Assembly: GCA_965204735.1 (NCBI GenBank) | Contig: OZ242008.1 | Location: 1-64,000, forward strand | Reading direction: 5' to 3' | Length of the DNA stretch: 64,000 bases | Origin: Longimicrobiales bacterium | GTDB taxonomy: Bacteria; Gemmatimonadota; Gemmatimonadetes; Longimicrobiales; Gaopeijiaceae | In this document: positions 63,301 to 64,000 of the stretch, one piece after another | How positions within the stretch are numbered: the stretch's first letter is position 1 | Layout: every line of letters starts with the position of its first letter | Notes under the pieces: generated by a model | Databases searched by the model: none | Seen by the model: the letters and a program-made list of their open reading frames with translations, nothing else | Told to the model about the DNA's origin: nothing | Made by a program: the position numbers and the translations under genes

Positions 63301-63555
63301 GAGGTGGGCTACGGTGTGGCACTGCCCGGCGGCGGCCGGATCAAGCCGTTCGGCCGCTGGAGCCGAGAAGGTCCGGCGGGCTACCGCCTGAACGTGGGCA
63401 CCCAGTGGGCGATGCTGGGCGGCGAGACCGCCGAGCAGCAGGACCCTGGCCTCCGCCTGCTGATGGACTTCTTTGGCGAGCAGGTGGCCGACGGACTCCA
63501 GCCTCTGGAACGCCGCGTCGGACTCGTCGGCACGATCACCTTTAACCAGGACTAG
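24319..63555 (+). CDS. Giant (13,078 aa) repetitive surface adhesin: ~93 Ig-like repeats, 5 cadherin-like domains, one further Ig-like domain, autotransporter-like beta-barrel
   Basis: Uninterrupted 39.2-kb ORF; signal-like N-terminus; unit consensus TY..GE.IEV.VTF...V.VTGTPQLAL.IG..TRQA.YASG.GT..L.F.Y.V...D.DADG.SIGA.AL.LNGGTI...HKV.G; cadherin motifs N.NDAP.F, L.EN..G, ATD; C-terminal WGQ...YLGLDYRF...YPYASW barrel strands. Confidence 0.92.
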   Translation: MNRVGGDGKTVRLTTRKAAVLLWRLMQPVVVFLSPGLELARPDAAHGLQAPVVSGVQITSSPVSDSTYQLGERIYVKVMFSKPLNHFIVGAPQLALTIGSLTRQANFFTSGSNSLTFMYDIQASDMDADGISIGANALSLNGGRITSSDDSVDAVLDLGDHAVRNDATHKVNGGLATAPSIRSVNFGTRGNARADSTYTLGDEIQIFVLWDRPITVTGTPQLTLTIGSLTRQASYYYAAALPNYATFRYYVQASDMDADGISIGANALTLNSGTITLRGSSATNANLGLGSYAIANAATSKVNGGREEIPVVSKVSVGRPPVGSSFGYGDTIAVTVTFNKAVDVTGAPQLALTIGSLTRQASYATGTGTASLVFRYVVGDVGLGDIFISAGALALNSGTIYVAGGTTAAALGLRNYNRIYGVDSRRPEVNGVLFLTRSQSDSTYQLGHIIEVRVFFGEPISVVGSPQLALTIGSQTRQANLSDTSSTSLTFMYDIQASDMDADGISIGANALSLNGGRITSSNYLSNEAVLDLGDYAITNAAHQKVNGSLKTAPSVTRVRMSSFAGTDSTYTMGDEVRITVCWDRAVTVTGTPQLQLTIGARTRQASHWRSGGKWDNCSTFRYYVQASDIDADGISIHTNALRLNSGTITLRGSSATNANLPLGTQAISNAAAHKVDGSVPVVSAVSIVSPVVGNTFERGETIEVTVTFNKAVDVTGTPWLALTIGSLTRQASYARGTGTASLVFRYVVVAGDADANGLSIGANALNGSIRDMRRTTAVLRLGSHAVTNSTGHKVAGGTFTVASASGVAVSSTPATGDSTYVLGERIEVEVTFTRPVTVTGAPQLALTVGAATRQADYASGTGTKTLTFGYTVVAGDADANGVGIGGSALALNGGTIVDARDDSTAANLGLGSNAIVNAAAHKVDGSRAPPLVSSVSIASPVVGDTFERGDSVAAMVMFNKAVDVTGTPRLALTIGSTTRQALYASGTGTASLVFTYWVVQTDTDADGISISAGALALNGGTIDVAGGTLDAALGLGGHAISNSAGHKVAGGTFTASSVNGVTITSEPVSDSTYLLGERIEVEVTFTRPVTVTGAPQLALTVGAATRQAGYADGTGTNALTFGYTVAASDADSDGLSIGASALVLNGGAINDVRPGAAAANLGLGSNAIPDAGAHRVDGSGPPSVTAVSIASPVVGDTFERGETIEVEVTFNKAVDVTGTPQLALTIGSTARQASYASGAGTASLVFRYLVVQTDADADGISISAGALALNGGTIDVAGGTLDAALGLGGHAISNSAGHKVAGGTFTASSVSGVTISSKPSGDSTYSRTERIEVEVTFTRPVTVTGAPQLALTIGRTGGRADYASGTGTSALMFRYTVQAADRDTDGLSIGASALALNGGAINDARPGAAAASLGLGANAISNAAAHKVDGSRGPPVASGLSISSPVVGDTFERGETIEVMVTFNKAVDVTGTPQLALTIGSLTRQASYASGTGTTSLVFRYVVVRTDADANGISIGSSALALNGGTIDMAGGTLDAVLGLGAHAISNSAGHKVAGGTFTRPSVNGVTITSEPASDSTYLLGERIEVEVTFTRPVMVTGAPQLTLAIGGARPPADYASGTGTNALMFQYTVQAADRDTDGLSIGWSALALNGGAINDVRSGAAAASLGLGANAISDALAHQVNGSVPVVSAVSIASPVVGDTFERGETIEVTVTFNKAVDVTGTPQLTLAIGSTTKQALYASGTGTASLVFRYLVVMADADADGISIGVDALVLNGGTIDVAGGTLHAALGLGAHTVSNSAGHKVAGGTFTASSVNGVTITSEPASDSTYLLGERIEVEVTFTRPVRVTGAPQLTLTIGRTGSRADYASGTGTNALTFRYPVQVADSRDTDGLSIGSGALALNGGAIDDARPGAAAASLGLGANAISNAAAHKVDGSRRRPGVSGVTLGLAPVGDTFERGDAIAVTVTFTDSVDVTGTPQLALTIGSTTKQASYASGTGSMSLVFRYLVVMADADADGISIESSALALNGGAIKEAGGTTDALLGLGVLAISNSTNHKVAGGTFTVASASGVAVLSTPATGDSTYVLGERIEVEVTFTRPVAVTGTPQLWLTLDGRRGVPADYASGTGTSALMFRYTVQAADRDTDGLSIGGALALNGHAINDVRPGAAAASLELGANAIVNAAAHKVDGSRAPPLVSSVSIASPVVGDTFERGDSVAAMVMFNKAVDVTGTPRLALTIGSTTRQALYASGTGTASLVFTYWVVQTDADADGISISAGALALNGGTIDVAGGTLDAALGLGGHAISNSAGHKVAGGTFTASSVNGVTITSEPVSDSTYLLGERIEVEVTFTRPVTVTGAPQLALTVGAATRQAGYADGTGTNALTFGYTVAASDADSDGLSIGASALVLNGGAINDVRPGAAAANLGLGSNAIPDAGAHRVDGSGPPSVTAVSIASPVVGDTFERGETIEVEVTFNKAVDVTGTPQLALTIGSTARQASYASGAGTASLVFRYLVVQTDADADGISISAGALALNGGTIDVAGGTLDAALGLGGHAISNSAGHKVAGGTFTASSVSGVTISSKPSGDSTYSRTERIEVEVTFTRPVTVTGAPQLALTIGRTGGRADYASGTGTSALMFRYTVQAADRDTDGLSIGASALALNGGAINDARPGAAAASLGLGANAISNAAAHKVDGSRGPPVASGLSISSPVVGDTFERGETIEVMVTFNKAVDVTGGPRLALTIGSTTRQASYASGTGSMSLVFRYLVVQTDADVDGISIGAGALGLNGGTIDVAGGTLGAALGLSAHTILNSAGHKVAGGTVTASSVNGVTISSKPSSDSTYSRTERIEVEVTFTRPVTVTGAPQLALTIGRTGGRADYASGTGTSALMFRYTVQAADRDTDGLSIGASALALNGGAINDARPGAAAASLGLGANAISNAVAHKVDGSRGPPSVSGLSISSPVVGDTFERGETIEVMVTFNKAVDVTGTPQLVLTIGSTARQASYGSGHGTVSVVFRYLVVQTDADADGISIGAGALGLNGGTIDMAGGTLDAALGLGAHAISNSASHKVAGGTFTRPSVNGMTISSVAADSTYVLGDQIEVEVTFTRPVTVTGVPQLALTIGRTGSRADYANGMGTNALTFRYAVQATDRDTDGLSIGASALALNGGAINDARPGAAAASLGLGANAISNAAAHKVDGSRGPRPHVVSGVRLWSRPLNDSTYHLGEQISVTLTFNRTVSLPDEPMFVYLYIDVGSARRPALCNSHPRSFRSLTCHYSIAERDSDFNGVSIGAYAASHHKFLSSDGYVSMYLGTHTIKNDARHKVDGSVKKVPSVVGITFENVPDDSTHALGERIEISVWWDRSVQVAGMPQLALRIGSATRQVSRRFSRAHFSSRVEFAYEVQAMDSDSDGISIAANALTLNGASIYLHGSAHDPVNARLGLGANAISNAAGHKVDGSSRRPGVSGVVLGSPPVGDTFERGDTIAVTVTFTDSIAVTGTPQLALGIGSQTRQASYASGSGTTALVFQYTVMQADADVDGLSIGTSALGRNGGTVRLSGGTLHATLGLGGHAISNSTGHKVAGGMFTAASVSTVTIASAPASDSTYAETEEIEVEVSFNRRVTVTGTPQLALAIDTLTRQADYVGGTGTATLAFAYQVQAADADSTGIGIGANALTLNGGTIADARDDTTAAGLSLGAHAIADAAAHKVNGSLPPPVTRTTGAPEARGLTIGAPAVGDTFERGETIEVELAFHRAVDVTGTPRLALTIGAATRQADYASGTGTDTLVFRYVVASGDADADGLGIGASALTLNGGTIRASGEALDALLDLGAHAVTNSAGHKVAGGTFTTPAVSAVTISSTPTSDSTYQLGESVEVKVAFGRPVTVTGAPELALTIGTQTRQASYESASSTADTLVFGYAVRPADADADGIGIGASALTLNGGAINDVRPGATAASLGLGANAVTNAASHKVNGSLGPPGVVGLTVAAPPVGTTFERGDPVAATVTFNKAVDVTGTPQLALGIGSATRQASYVSGTGTTALVFRYVVVQTDADADGLSIGANALALNGGTIDVAGGTTDALLSLEHHAISNDRALHVAGGTFTAASVAGVAITSSPASDSTYGRTERVEVEVTFDRNVAVTGAPQVALGIGSQTRQAAYASGTGTKTLVFRYAVVASDADSTGITIGAGALVLNGGTISDARDTTVAVALGLGSHAIANAAAHKVDGNRGPPGVTDLTVASPPTGDTFERGDAIEATVTFNRAVDVTGTPQLALGIGSQTRQAGYASGSGTTALVFQYTVVTADADADGLSIGTSALGLNGGTVRLSGGTLDATLGLGGNAISNSTGHKVAGGTFTASSVSGVSITSTPSSGDTYGLGEEIEVEVAFVRPVSVTGTPQLALGIGTDTVQADYGSGSGTKTLRFSYAVAASDADSDGLSIGASALALNGGAIVDARDGATAASLGLGSSAIANAASHKVDGAQGPPGVTALSIASPVVGDTFERGDTIAATVTFNKAVDVTGTPQLALTIGTQTRQASYAGGTGTASLVFRYVVVQSDADADGLSIGASALALNGGTIDVAGGTMDALLGLGASAVSNSAGHKVAGGTFTAASVSGVAVTSVPSSDSTYGRTEVIEVEVTFTRPVAVTGAPQLALGIGAATRQASYASGSGTTALAFRYTVEAADADSTGISVAASALTLNGGTIADARDGSTAASLGLGSNAIANAAAHKVDGNRGPPGVTALTISAPVVGDTFERGETIEVSLVFNRSVDVTGTPRLALTIGSATRQASYASGTGTDTLVFRYVVASGDTDADGLSIGANALALNGGTIRVASGTLDATLGLGGSAVVNSTGHKVAGGTFTTPAVSAVTISSTPASASTYQLGESIEVKVAFGRPVAVTGSPRLALTIGTQTRQASYVAASSKADTLVFGYAVRPVDADADGISIGASALTLNGGAINDVRAGATAAVLGLGANAVSNAAAHKVNGSLGPPGVVGLTVAAPPVGTTFERGDTVAATVTFNKAVDVTGTPRLALSIGTQTRQAGYASGTGTTALVFRYVVVQADADADGLSIGASALTLNGGAIDVAGGTTDALLSLEHHAFSNNEALRVAGGTFTAASVAGVAITSSPASDSTYGRTEQVEVEVTFDRNVAVTGAPELALGIGSQTRQAAYASGSGTKTLAFRYAVQAWDADSTGISIGASALGLNGGAISDARDTTAAVALGLGSHTIANAAAHKVDGNRGPPGVTGLTVALPPTGDTFERGDAIAATVTFNRAVDVTGTPQLALGIGSVTRQAGYASGSGTTALVFQYTVVQADADADGLSIGTSALALNSGTVRLAGGTLDATLGLGTHAVSNSTGHKVAGGTFTASSVSGVTISSTPSSGDTYGLGEEIEVEATFVRVVSVTGTPQLALGVGSDTVQADYASGTGTKTLTFSYTVAASDADSDGLSIGASALALNGGTIVDARDGATAASLGLGTNAIVNAASHKVDGAQGPPGVTALSIASPVVDDVFERGDTIAATVTFNKAVDVTGTPQLALGIGTQTRQASYAGGTGTASLVFRYVVASGDADADGLSIGASALALNGGTIDVAGGTTDALLGLGTHAVVNSTGHKVAGGTFTASAVSGVAVTSAPSSDSTYGRTEVIEVEVTFTRPVTVTGAPQLALTIGTQTRQASYASGSGTTAVTFGYTVQAADADSTGISIGSSALTLNGGTIADARDGSTAAALGLGSNAIANAAAHKVDGNRGPPGVTALTISAPTVGDTFERGETIEVSLVFNRAVDVTGTPRLALTIGSATRQASYTVGTGTDTLAFRYVVASGDADSTGISIGASALALNGGTIKVAGGTLDATLGLGSSAVTNSGGHKVAGGTFTTPAVSGVTVSSTPASASTYQLGESIEVKVAFGRPVAVMGSPRLALTIGTQTRQASYMAASSKADTLVFGYAVRPADADADGISIGTSALTLNGGTIADVRPGAASAALGLGANAVTNDVSHKVNGSLGPPGVVGLTVAAPPVGTTFERGDTVAATVTFNKAVDVTGTPRLALSIGTQTRQAGYASGTGTTALVFRYVVVQTDADADGLSVGASALALNGGTIDVAGGTTDALLSLVHHAISNDGARRVAGGTFTAASVAGMAITSSPTSDSTYVRTERIEIEVTFDRNVAVTGTPQVALGIGSQTRQAAYAGGTGTKTLAFQYAVQASDADSTGISIGAVALGLNGGTISDARDTTVAAALGLGSHAIANAAAHKVDGNRGPPGVTSLTVASPPVGDTFERGDVIAATVTFNRAVDVTGTPQLALGIGSQTRQAGYASGSGTTALVFQYTVVQADADADGLSIGTSALALNGGTIRLSGGTLDATLGLGTHAVSNSTGHKVAGGTFTASSVSGVAITSSPASGDTYGLGEEIEVEVAFVRPVSVTGTPQLALGIGTDTVQADYGSGSGTKTLTFSYTVAASDADSDGLSIGASALALNGGTIVDARDGSTAASLGLGTNAIANAASHKVDGAQGPPGVTALSIASPVVGDTFERGDTVAATVTFNKAVDVTGTPQLALTIGPQTRQASYAGGTGTASLVFRYVVVQSDADADGLSIGVGALALNGGKIDVAGGTTDALLGLGASAVSNSAGHKVAGGTFTAASVSGVAVTSAPSSDSTYGRTEQIEVEVTFTRPVTVTGAPQLALGIGAATRQASYASGSGTTAVTFGYTVQAADADSTGISVGARALTLNGGAIADARDGSTAASLGLGSNAIANAAAHKVDGNRGPPGVTALTISAPVVGDTFERGETIEVALVFNRAVDVTGTPRLALTIGSATRQASYTAGTGTDTLVFRYVVASGDADTTGISIGASALALNGGTIKVAGGTLDATLGLGASAVTNSAGHKVAGGTFTTPAVSAVTISSTPASASTYQLGESIEVKVAFGRPVAVTGSPRLALTIGTQTRQASYESASSKADTLVFGYAVRPADADADGIGIGASALTLNGGTINDKRPGATAAALGLGANAVTNAASHKVNGSLGPPGVVGLTVAAPPVGTTFERGDAIAATVTFNKAVDVTGTPRLALGIGSTTRQASYASGTGTTALVFRYVVVQADVDTDGLSVGASALTLNGGTIDVAGGTTDALLSLEHHAFSNDGTLRVAGGTFTAASVAGVAITSSPSSDSTYGRTEQVEVEVTFDRNVAVTGAPQVALGIGSQTRQAGYASGSGTKTLAFQYAVQASDADSMGISIGAVALGLNGGTISDARDTTVAAALGLGSHAIANAAAHKVDGNRGPPGVTSLTVASPPVGDTFERGDVIAATVTFNRAVDVTGTPQLALGIGSQTRQAGYASGSGTTALVFQYTVVQADADADGLSIGTSALALNGGTIRLSGGTLDATLGLGTHAVSNSTGHKVAGGTFTAASVSGVTITSSPASGDTYGLGEEIEVEVAFVRPVSVTGTPQLALGVGTDTVQADYGSGSGTETLTFGYTVAASDADSDGLSIGASALALNGGTIVDARDGATAASLGLGTNAIANAASHKVDGAQGPPGVTALSIASPVVGDTFERGDTIAATVTFNKAVDVTGTPQLALGIGAATRQASYASGTGTASLVFRYVVASGDADADGLSIGVSALALNGGTIDVAGGTTDALLGLGASAVSNSAGHKVAGGTFTASAVSGVAVTSAPSSDSTYGRTEQIEVEVTFTRPVTVTGAPQLALGVGAATRQASYASGSGTTALAFDYTVQAADADSTGISIGASALTLNGGTIADARDGSTAAALGLGTNAIANAPAHKVDGNRGPPGVTALTISAPVVGDTFERGETIEVALVFNRAVDVTGTPRLALTIGSSTKQASYASGTGTDTLVFRYVVASGDADSTGISIGASALALNGGTIRVAGGTLAATLGLGASAVTNSGGHKVAGGTFTTPAVSAVTVSSMPASASTYQLGESIEVKVAFGRPVAVTGSPRLALTIGMTTRQADYESATSKADTLVFGYAVRPADADADGISIGAGALTLNGGAINDVRPGATAASLGLGTNAVTNAASHKVNGSLGPPGVVGLTVAAPPVGTTFERGDTVAATVTFNKAVDVTGTPQLALGIGSQTRQASYASGTGTTALMFRYVVVQTDADADGLSIGANALALNGGTIDVAGGTTDALLSLEHHAFSNNGALRVAGGTFTAASVAGVAITSSPSSDSTYGRTERIEVEVTFDRNVAVTGAPQVALGIGSQTRQAAYASGTGTKTLAFQYAVQASDADANGVSIGAVALGLNGGTISDARDTTVAAALGLGSHAIANAAAHKVDGNRGPPGVTSLTVASPPVGDTFERGDVIAATVTFNRAVDVTGTPQLALGIGSQTRQAGYASGSGTTALVFQYTVVQADADADGLSIGTSALALNGGTIRLSGGTLDATLGLGTHAVSNSTGHKVAGGTFTASSVSGVAITSSPASGDTYGLGEEIEVEVAFVRPVSVTGTPQLALGVGTDTVHADYGSGSGTETLTFGYTVAASDADSDGLSIGASALALNGGTIVDARDGATAASLGLGSNAIANAASHKVDGAQGPPGVTALLIASPVVGDTFERGDTVAATVTFNKAVDVTGTPQLALAIGAATRQASYAGGTGTASLVFRYVVASGDADADGLSIGAGALALNGGTIDVAGGTTDALLGLGASAVSNSAGHKVAGGTFTAASVSGVAVTSAPSSDSTYGRTEQIEVEVTFTRPVTVTGAPQLVLGIGAATRQASYASGSGTTAVTFGYTVQAADADSTGISIGASALTLNGGTIADARDGSTAASLGLGSNAIANAAAHKVDGNRGPPGVTALTISAPVVGDTFERGETIEVALVFNRAVDVTGAPRLALGIGSATRQASYASGTGTDTLVFRYVVASGDADADGLSIGTSALTLNGGTIKVAGGTLDATLGLGSSAVTNSGGHKVAGGTFTTPAVSGVTVSSTPASASTYQLGESIEVKVAFGRPVAVTGSPRLALTIGTQTRQADYESATSTADTLVFGYAVRPADADADGISIGASALGLNGGTIADVRPGAAAAALGLGANAVSNAASHKVNGSLGPPGVVGLTVAVPPVSTTFERGDTVAVTVTFNKAVDVTGTPQLTLSIGTQTRQASYASGTGTTALVFRYVVVQTDADADGLSVGASALTLNGGTIDVAGGTTDALLSLEHHAISNDGALRVAGGTFTASSVSGVSIASVAASDSTYGLSEQIEVEVTFVRPVAVTGTPQLVLGIGAATRQADYASGTGTKTLAFSYTIAATDADANGISIGTSALTLNGGTIADARDGSRAASLGLGSNAIVNAAAHKVDGTQGPPGVIGLVVASPPTGDTFERGDVVVATVTFNKAVDVTGTPQLVLGIGSQTRQASYASGTGTASLVFQYVVVTADADADGLSIGTSALALNGGTIDVAGGTTDAELGLGTHAISNSAGHKVAGGTFTASAVSGVTVTSSPASGDTYGLGEEIEVEATFVRPVSVTGTPQLALDIGTDTVQADYGSGSGTKTLTFSYTVAAADADSDGLSIGASALALNGGTIVDARDGATAASLGLGTNAIANAVSHKVDGAQGPPGVTALSIASPVVGDTFERGDTIAATVTFNKAVDVTGTPQLALGIGAATRQASYASGTGTASLVFRYVVASGDADADGLSIGASALTLNGGTIDVAGGTTDALLGLGASAVANSAGHKVAGGTFTAASVSGVAVTSAPSSDSTYGRTEQIEVEVTFTRPVTVTGAPQLALGIGAATRQASYASGSGTTAVAFGYTVQAADADSTGISIGASALTLNGGTIADARDGSTAAVLGLGSNAIANAPGHKVDGNRGPPGVTGLSISAPTVGDTFERGETIEVSLVFNRAVDVTGMPRLALTIGSATRQASYASGTGTDTLVFRYVVASGDADADGLSIGASALALNGGTIRVAGGTLDATLGLGASAVTNSGGHKVAGGTFTTPAVSGVTISSTPASASTYQLGESIEVMVAFGRPVAVTGSPRLALTIGTQTRQASYVAASSTADTLVFGYAVRPADADADGISIGASALGLNGGTIADVRPGAAAAALGLGANAVTNDASHKVNGSLGPPGVVGLTVAAPLVGATFERGDTVAATVTFNKAVDVTGTPQLALGIGSTTRQASYASGSGTTALVFRYVVLQADADADGLSIGASALVLNGGTIDVAGGTTDALLSLEHHAISNDGARRVAGGTFTAASVAGVAITSSPSSDSTYGRTERIEVEVTFGRRVAVTGTPQVALGIGSQTRQADYASGTGTTTLTFGYTVAAADADANGISIGASALALNGGTIADARDASEAAGLGLGSYAIVNAAAHKVDGNQGPPGVSGVSVESPPTGDTFERGDVIAATLTFNRAVDVTGTPQLGLGIGSQTRQASYASGSGTTSLVFQYTVVQADADADGISIGTSALGLNGGTIRLSGGTLDATLGLGTHAISNSTGHKVAGGTFTAAAVSGVTISSAPSSGDTYGLGEKIEVEVAFVRPVSVTGTPQLALTMGTRTRQAEYASGTGTKTLTFGYTVAAADADSDGLGIGASALALNGGAIADARDGSTTASLGLGSSAIANAASHKVDGAQGPPGVTGLTISSPQVGDTFERGETIEVKVAFNKSVAVTGTPQLALGIGAATKQASYAAGTGTDTLVFRYVVAAADVDADGISIGASALALNGGTIRVSGGTTDAVLGLGASAVANSTGHKVAGGTFTASAVSGVAITSTPPSDSTYGRTERIEVEVTFTRPVTVTGAPQLALGIGAATRQASYASGSGTTAVAFGYTVQASDADSTGISIGASALTLNGGTIADARDGSTAASLGLGSNAIANAAAHKVDGSRGPPGVTGLSISAPTVGDTFERGETIEVSLVFNRTVDVTGTPRLALTIGSATRQASYASGTGTDTLVFRYAVASGDADADGLSIGASALALNGGTIRVVGGTLDATLGLGASAVSNSTGHKVAGGTFTTPAVTAVTVSSTPASASTYQLGESIEVKVAFGRPVAVTGSPRLALTIGTQTRQASYEASSSKADTLVFGYAIRSADADTDGISIGASALTLNGGAIVDVRPGAATAALGLGANAVSNAAAHKVNGSLGPPGVVGLSVAAPLVGDTFERGDTVAVTVTFNKAVDVTGTPQLALSIGTQTRQAGYASGTGTTVLVFRYVVAQADADTDGLSIGASALALNGGTIDVAGGTTDALLSLAHHAISNDGTRRVAGGTFTAASVSGVSIQSSPAGGSTYGLSEQIEVEVTFNRTVAVTGAPQLALTIGSRTRQAAYVSVTAGKQLTFRYEVVAGDMDANGLSVGASALTLNGGTIVDARDGTIAASLGLGSHAISSDAAHRVDGAQGPPGVSGVSVASPPVGDTFERGDTVVATVTFNKAVDVTGTPQLSLTIGVATKQAAYASGTGTASLVFQYLVVQSDADTDGLSIGASALALNGGTIDVAGGTVDAVLGLGAHAVTNSAGHKVAGGTFTAASVSGVSLTSSPAVATTYGRDEQIEVQVTFNRRVTVTGTPQVALTVGAQTRQADYASGTGTYTLTFRYTVAAADADTDGISIGPSALALNSGTINDARDGTTAAALGLGSHALSAAAGHKVDGTLAGASVTDVAVSSTPESGDTYGLGERIEVKVTFDRTVTVTGAPQLALTVGTATRQASYAGGSGTATLWFAYRVQGAGSGGSGTGGVDADADGIGVAAGALTLNGARIVNTADGVPAVLGLGSHAIAAAANDKVDGTIEVAPVVVGMTVTSTPGASGLYGPRSVIRVAVTFSRPVEVAGASQRAGYMSAVTVPVRLAIEMEARTRHASYASGSGTPVLVFEYRVQPADRDPDGISIRADALAGSVGAVRIAGGTTAAVLDLGSYAVENLEEHQVNGAGGTDPVFGRAEYEFELTEDEAGPVVVGTVSATDPFGGEVTYSLAAGDEGLFEVDARTGEVRYVGTGEDAEARSEFVMIVRATADDGERTGDATVTVRLVNLNDAPVFTAERYAFAMAENVAGPLALGVAEAVDLDEGDTLTYRLAAGDADRFEVDGATGEVRYVGGGQDYEGAGPKSWELEVTATDLAGASAKAVVAVALTNVNERPAFADSAYAFDLAENARGPLLLGEVRATDPDGGDWLSYALAAGDAERFKVNATSGAVQYVGSGEDAETGPDSWELEVTATDRGGLATRTRVVVTLEDRNEGPVFVESSYEWELAEHVAGPAELGTVVATDVDAGDTLRYSLSGARAALFDVGESSGVVWYVGAGADAETGPEGWKFEVVATDRAGLAAVAKVRVLLLDVNEAPAFVDSAYAFELAENISGPRELGRVEATDPDRGDALTYSLAQGDAGRFEVDGASGQVRYVGVGEDYENSPPEFALVVRVTDAGGLTAEATVMVTLLNVNEEPEAVGSLSLPVLEAGGAPWEVGLGEYFRDPDGDALSYAVVSSSPSVAEATVSVAGRLSVAAREIGAAVVTVTASDAGGLTATQRASVTVEASRSDRARALKLTLAAFGRSLGTETVDAIGGRLGLESSGSLGRSHVQLGGGSLSCATFGSDSGDSRVEGAATVAADSVADADGTGEGGAGSGGGGQCGFESLVRDATGLLGFQITHPGTPGSGPGDGIPGGTLDLAAIFFGDGAAGMGGAPPSSLGTGGSYRGQREEDALPAERERGGVAFSPLTSSDLRSRSSFQLSFGGGQGGDAADPLQAVSRSGWTLWGQANVGEFEGRPEDDFTMDGRTRSAYLGLDYRFGSGFLMGVAGSRSDMAANYESGINGVGKTKAHLTSLYPYASWLSQGGFGVWGLAGAGRGAANVGETGPTYDADLRMRMGALGVRQQLVGGLALKADAFAVRMTTDASNGHVAAVTADAQRVRLAPELGGQWTGDGMAMRTRIEVGGRYDGGDAETGMGAEAGAELGFTHQGSGLSLDARGRMLLIHQDRNFKEWGAGVALRLQPGRDAGGLSLSLEPSWGVASGGGAQSLWQGDDVWRSAGVPALGATSPAVPASHGDVAGLGGPAHHGAGASPGLLAARNATGWAPDRLAMEVGYGVALPGGGRIKPFGRWSREGPAGYRLNVGTQWAMLGGETAEQQDPGLRLLMDFFGEQVADGLQPLERRVGLVGTITFNQD
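24470..59870 (+). repeat. Array of about 93 coding units of ~380 bp, mostly alternating A (DSTY) and B (DTFERG) types
   Basis: Counted by HKV.G unit termini in the translation; 3039-bp higher-order period from about 35490. Confidence 0.9.
59872..61390 (+). other. Five cadherin-like domains within the giant protein
   Basis: Five ~100-aa units P.F....Y.F.L.E...GP..LG.V.ATD.D.GD.L.YSL..GD...F.VD...G.V.Y...D.E...V.ATD..GL...V.V.L.N.NE. Confidence 0.85.
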
Positions 63556-63711
63556 TAGGCGTACGCTTCGACCTGTCCGGCCGTGCCTCCCGAAGGGCGA
63601 ATAGTAGGAATCGCGGGTTCGTTCGTTAACAGGTTGCAGATCGGAGCGTCGCACCGATTCGGTCACGGGTTGGCGCGATGCGAGCCGCCCTCTCCAACAA
63701 GGAGACGCATC

Positions 63712-64000
63712 GTGACGTTCCACACGTCGGCACACCATTCGTCTCGGAAGTTGGCGGTGGCGGCCGCGATGGTTGTTTCGATGTCGGCGTGTGGCGAGCC
63801 GGGAGAGCAGGCCCTAATCGTCCCCCGCTGGCGCCGTTCGCGTCGGTGTCGGTTCCCCTCAGCCGAAACAACCAAGTCGTCTTGACCGACGAAGCGACCG
63901 CCTGCGTGGTCGACTCCTATGAAGTGCGCGTGTTCTGCGTCGGCCGGACGGATTCGTCGGCACGCGCCTTTGGTCGCCAGGGCGACGGGCCGGGCGAGTT
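63712..64000 (+). pseudogene. Frameshifted lipoprotein with beta-propeller (NHL-like) repeat, partial
   Basis: SD AAGGAG, GTG 63712, lipobox MSAC; one extra C in the C5 run at 63822-63826 would join it to a frame reading PLAPFAS...ACVVDSYEVRVFC...FGRQGDGPGE at the window edge. Confidence 0.65.

Overview
High-GC bacterial window. The gene set (TonB receptor + lipoprotein, ECF sigma/anti-sigma/DUF4097-like, S9 peptidase, cadherin autotransporter) is reminiscent of Gemmatimonadota-like host-associated bacteria; this is inference only. The left ~24 kb holds a decayed BrnT/BrnA-like toxin-antitoxin remnant running into a Fic gene, an AAA+/DUF4143-like gene, an ABC ATPase plus a permease fused to an AttH/CrtC-like domain, an M20 amidohydrolase, a more AT-rich island (DUF1828-like, NYN ribonuclease, NACHT NTPase; candidate defence system), a TonB receptor + lipoprotein, a D-cysteine desulfhydrase-family enzyme, an ECF operon and an S9 peptidase. 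The right ~39 kb is one 13,078-aa ORF: about 93 Ig-like ~126-aa repeats with higher-order periodicity, 5 cadherin-like domains and an autotransporter-like barrel. It is preceded by a C31 tract, and its N-terminal units have hypervariable loops set in nearly identical frameworks. No tRNA, rRNA, CRISPR array, integrase or transposase was recognised. All family calls are from motif recognition, not database searches.
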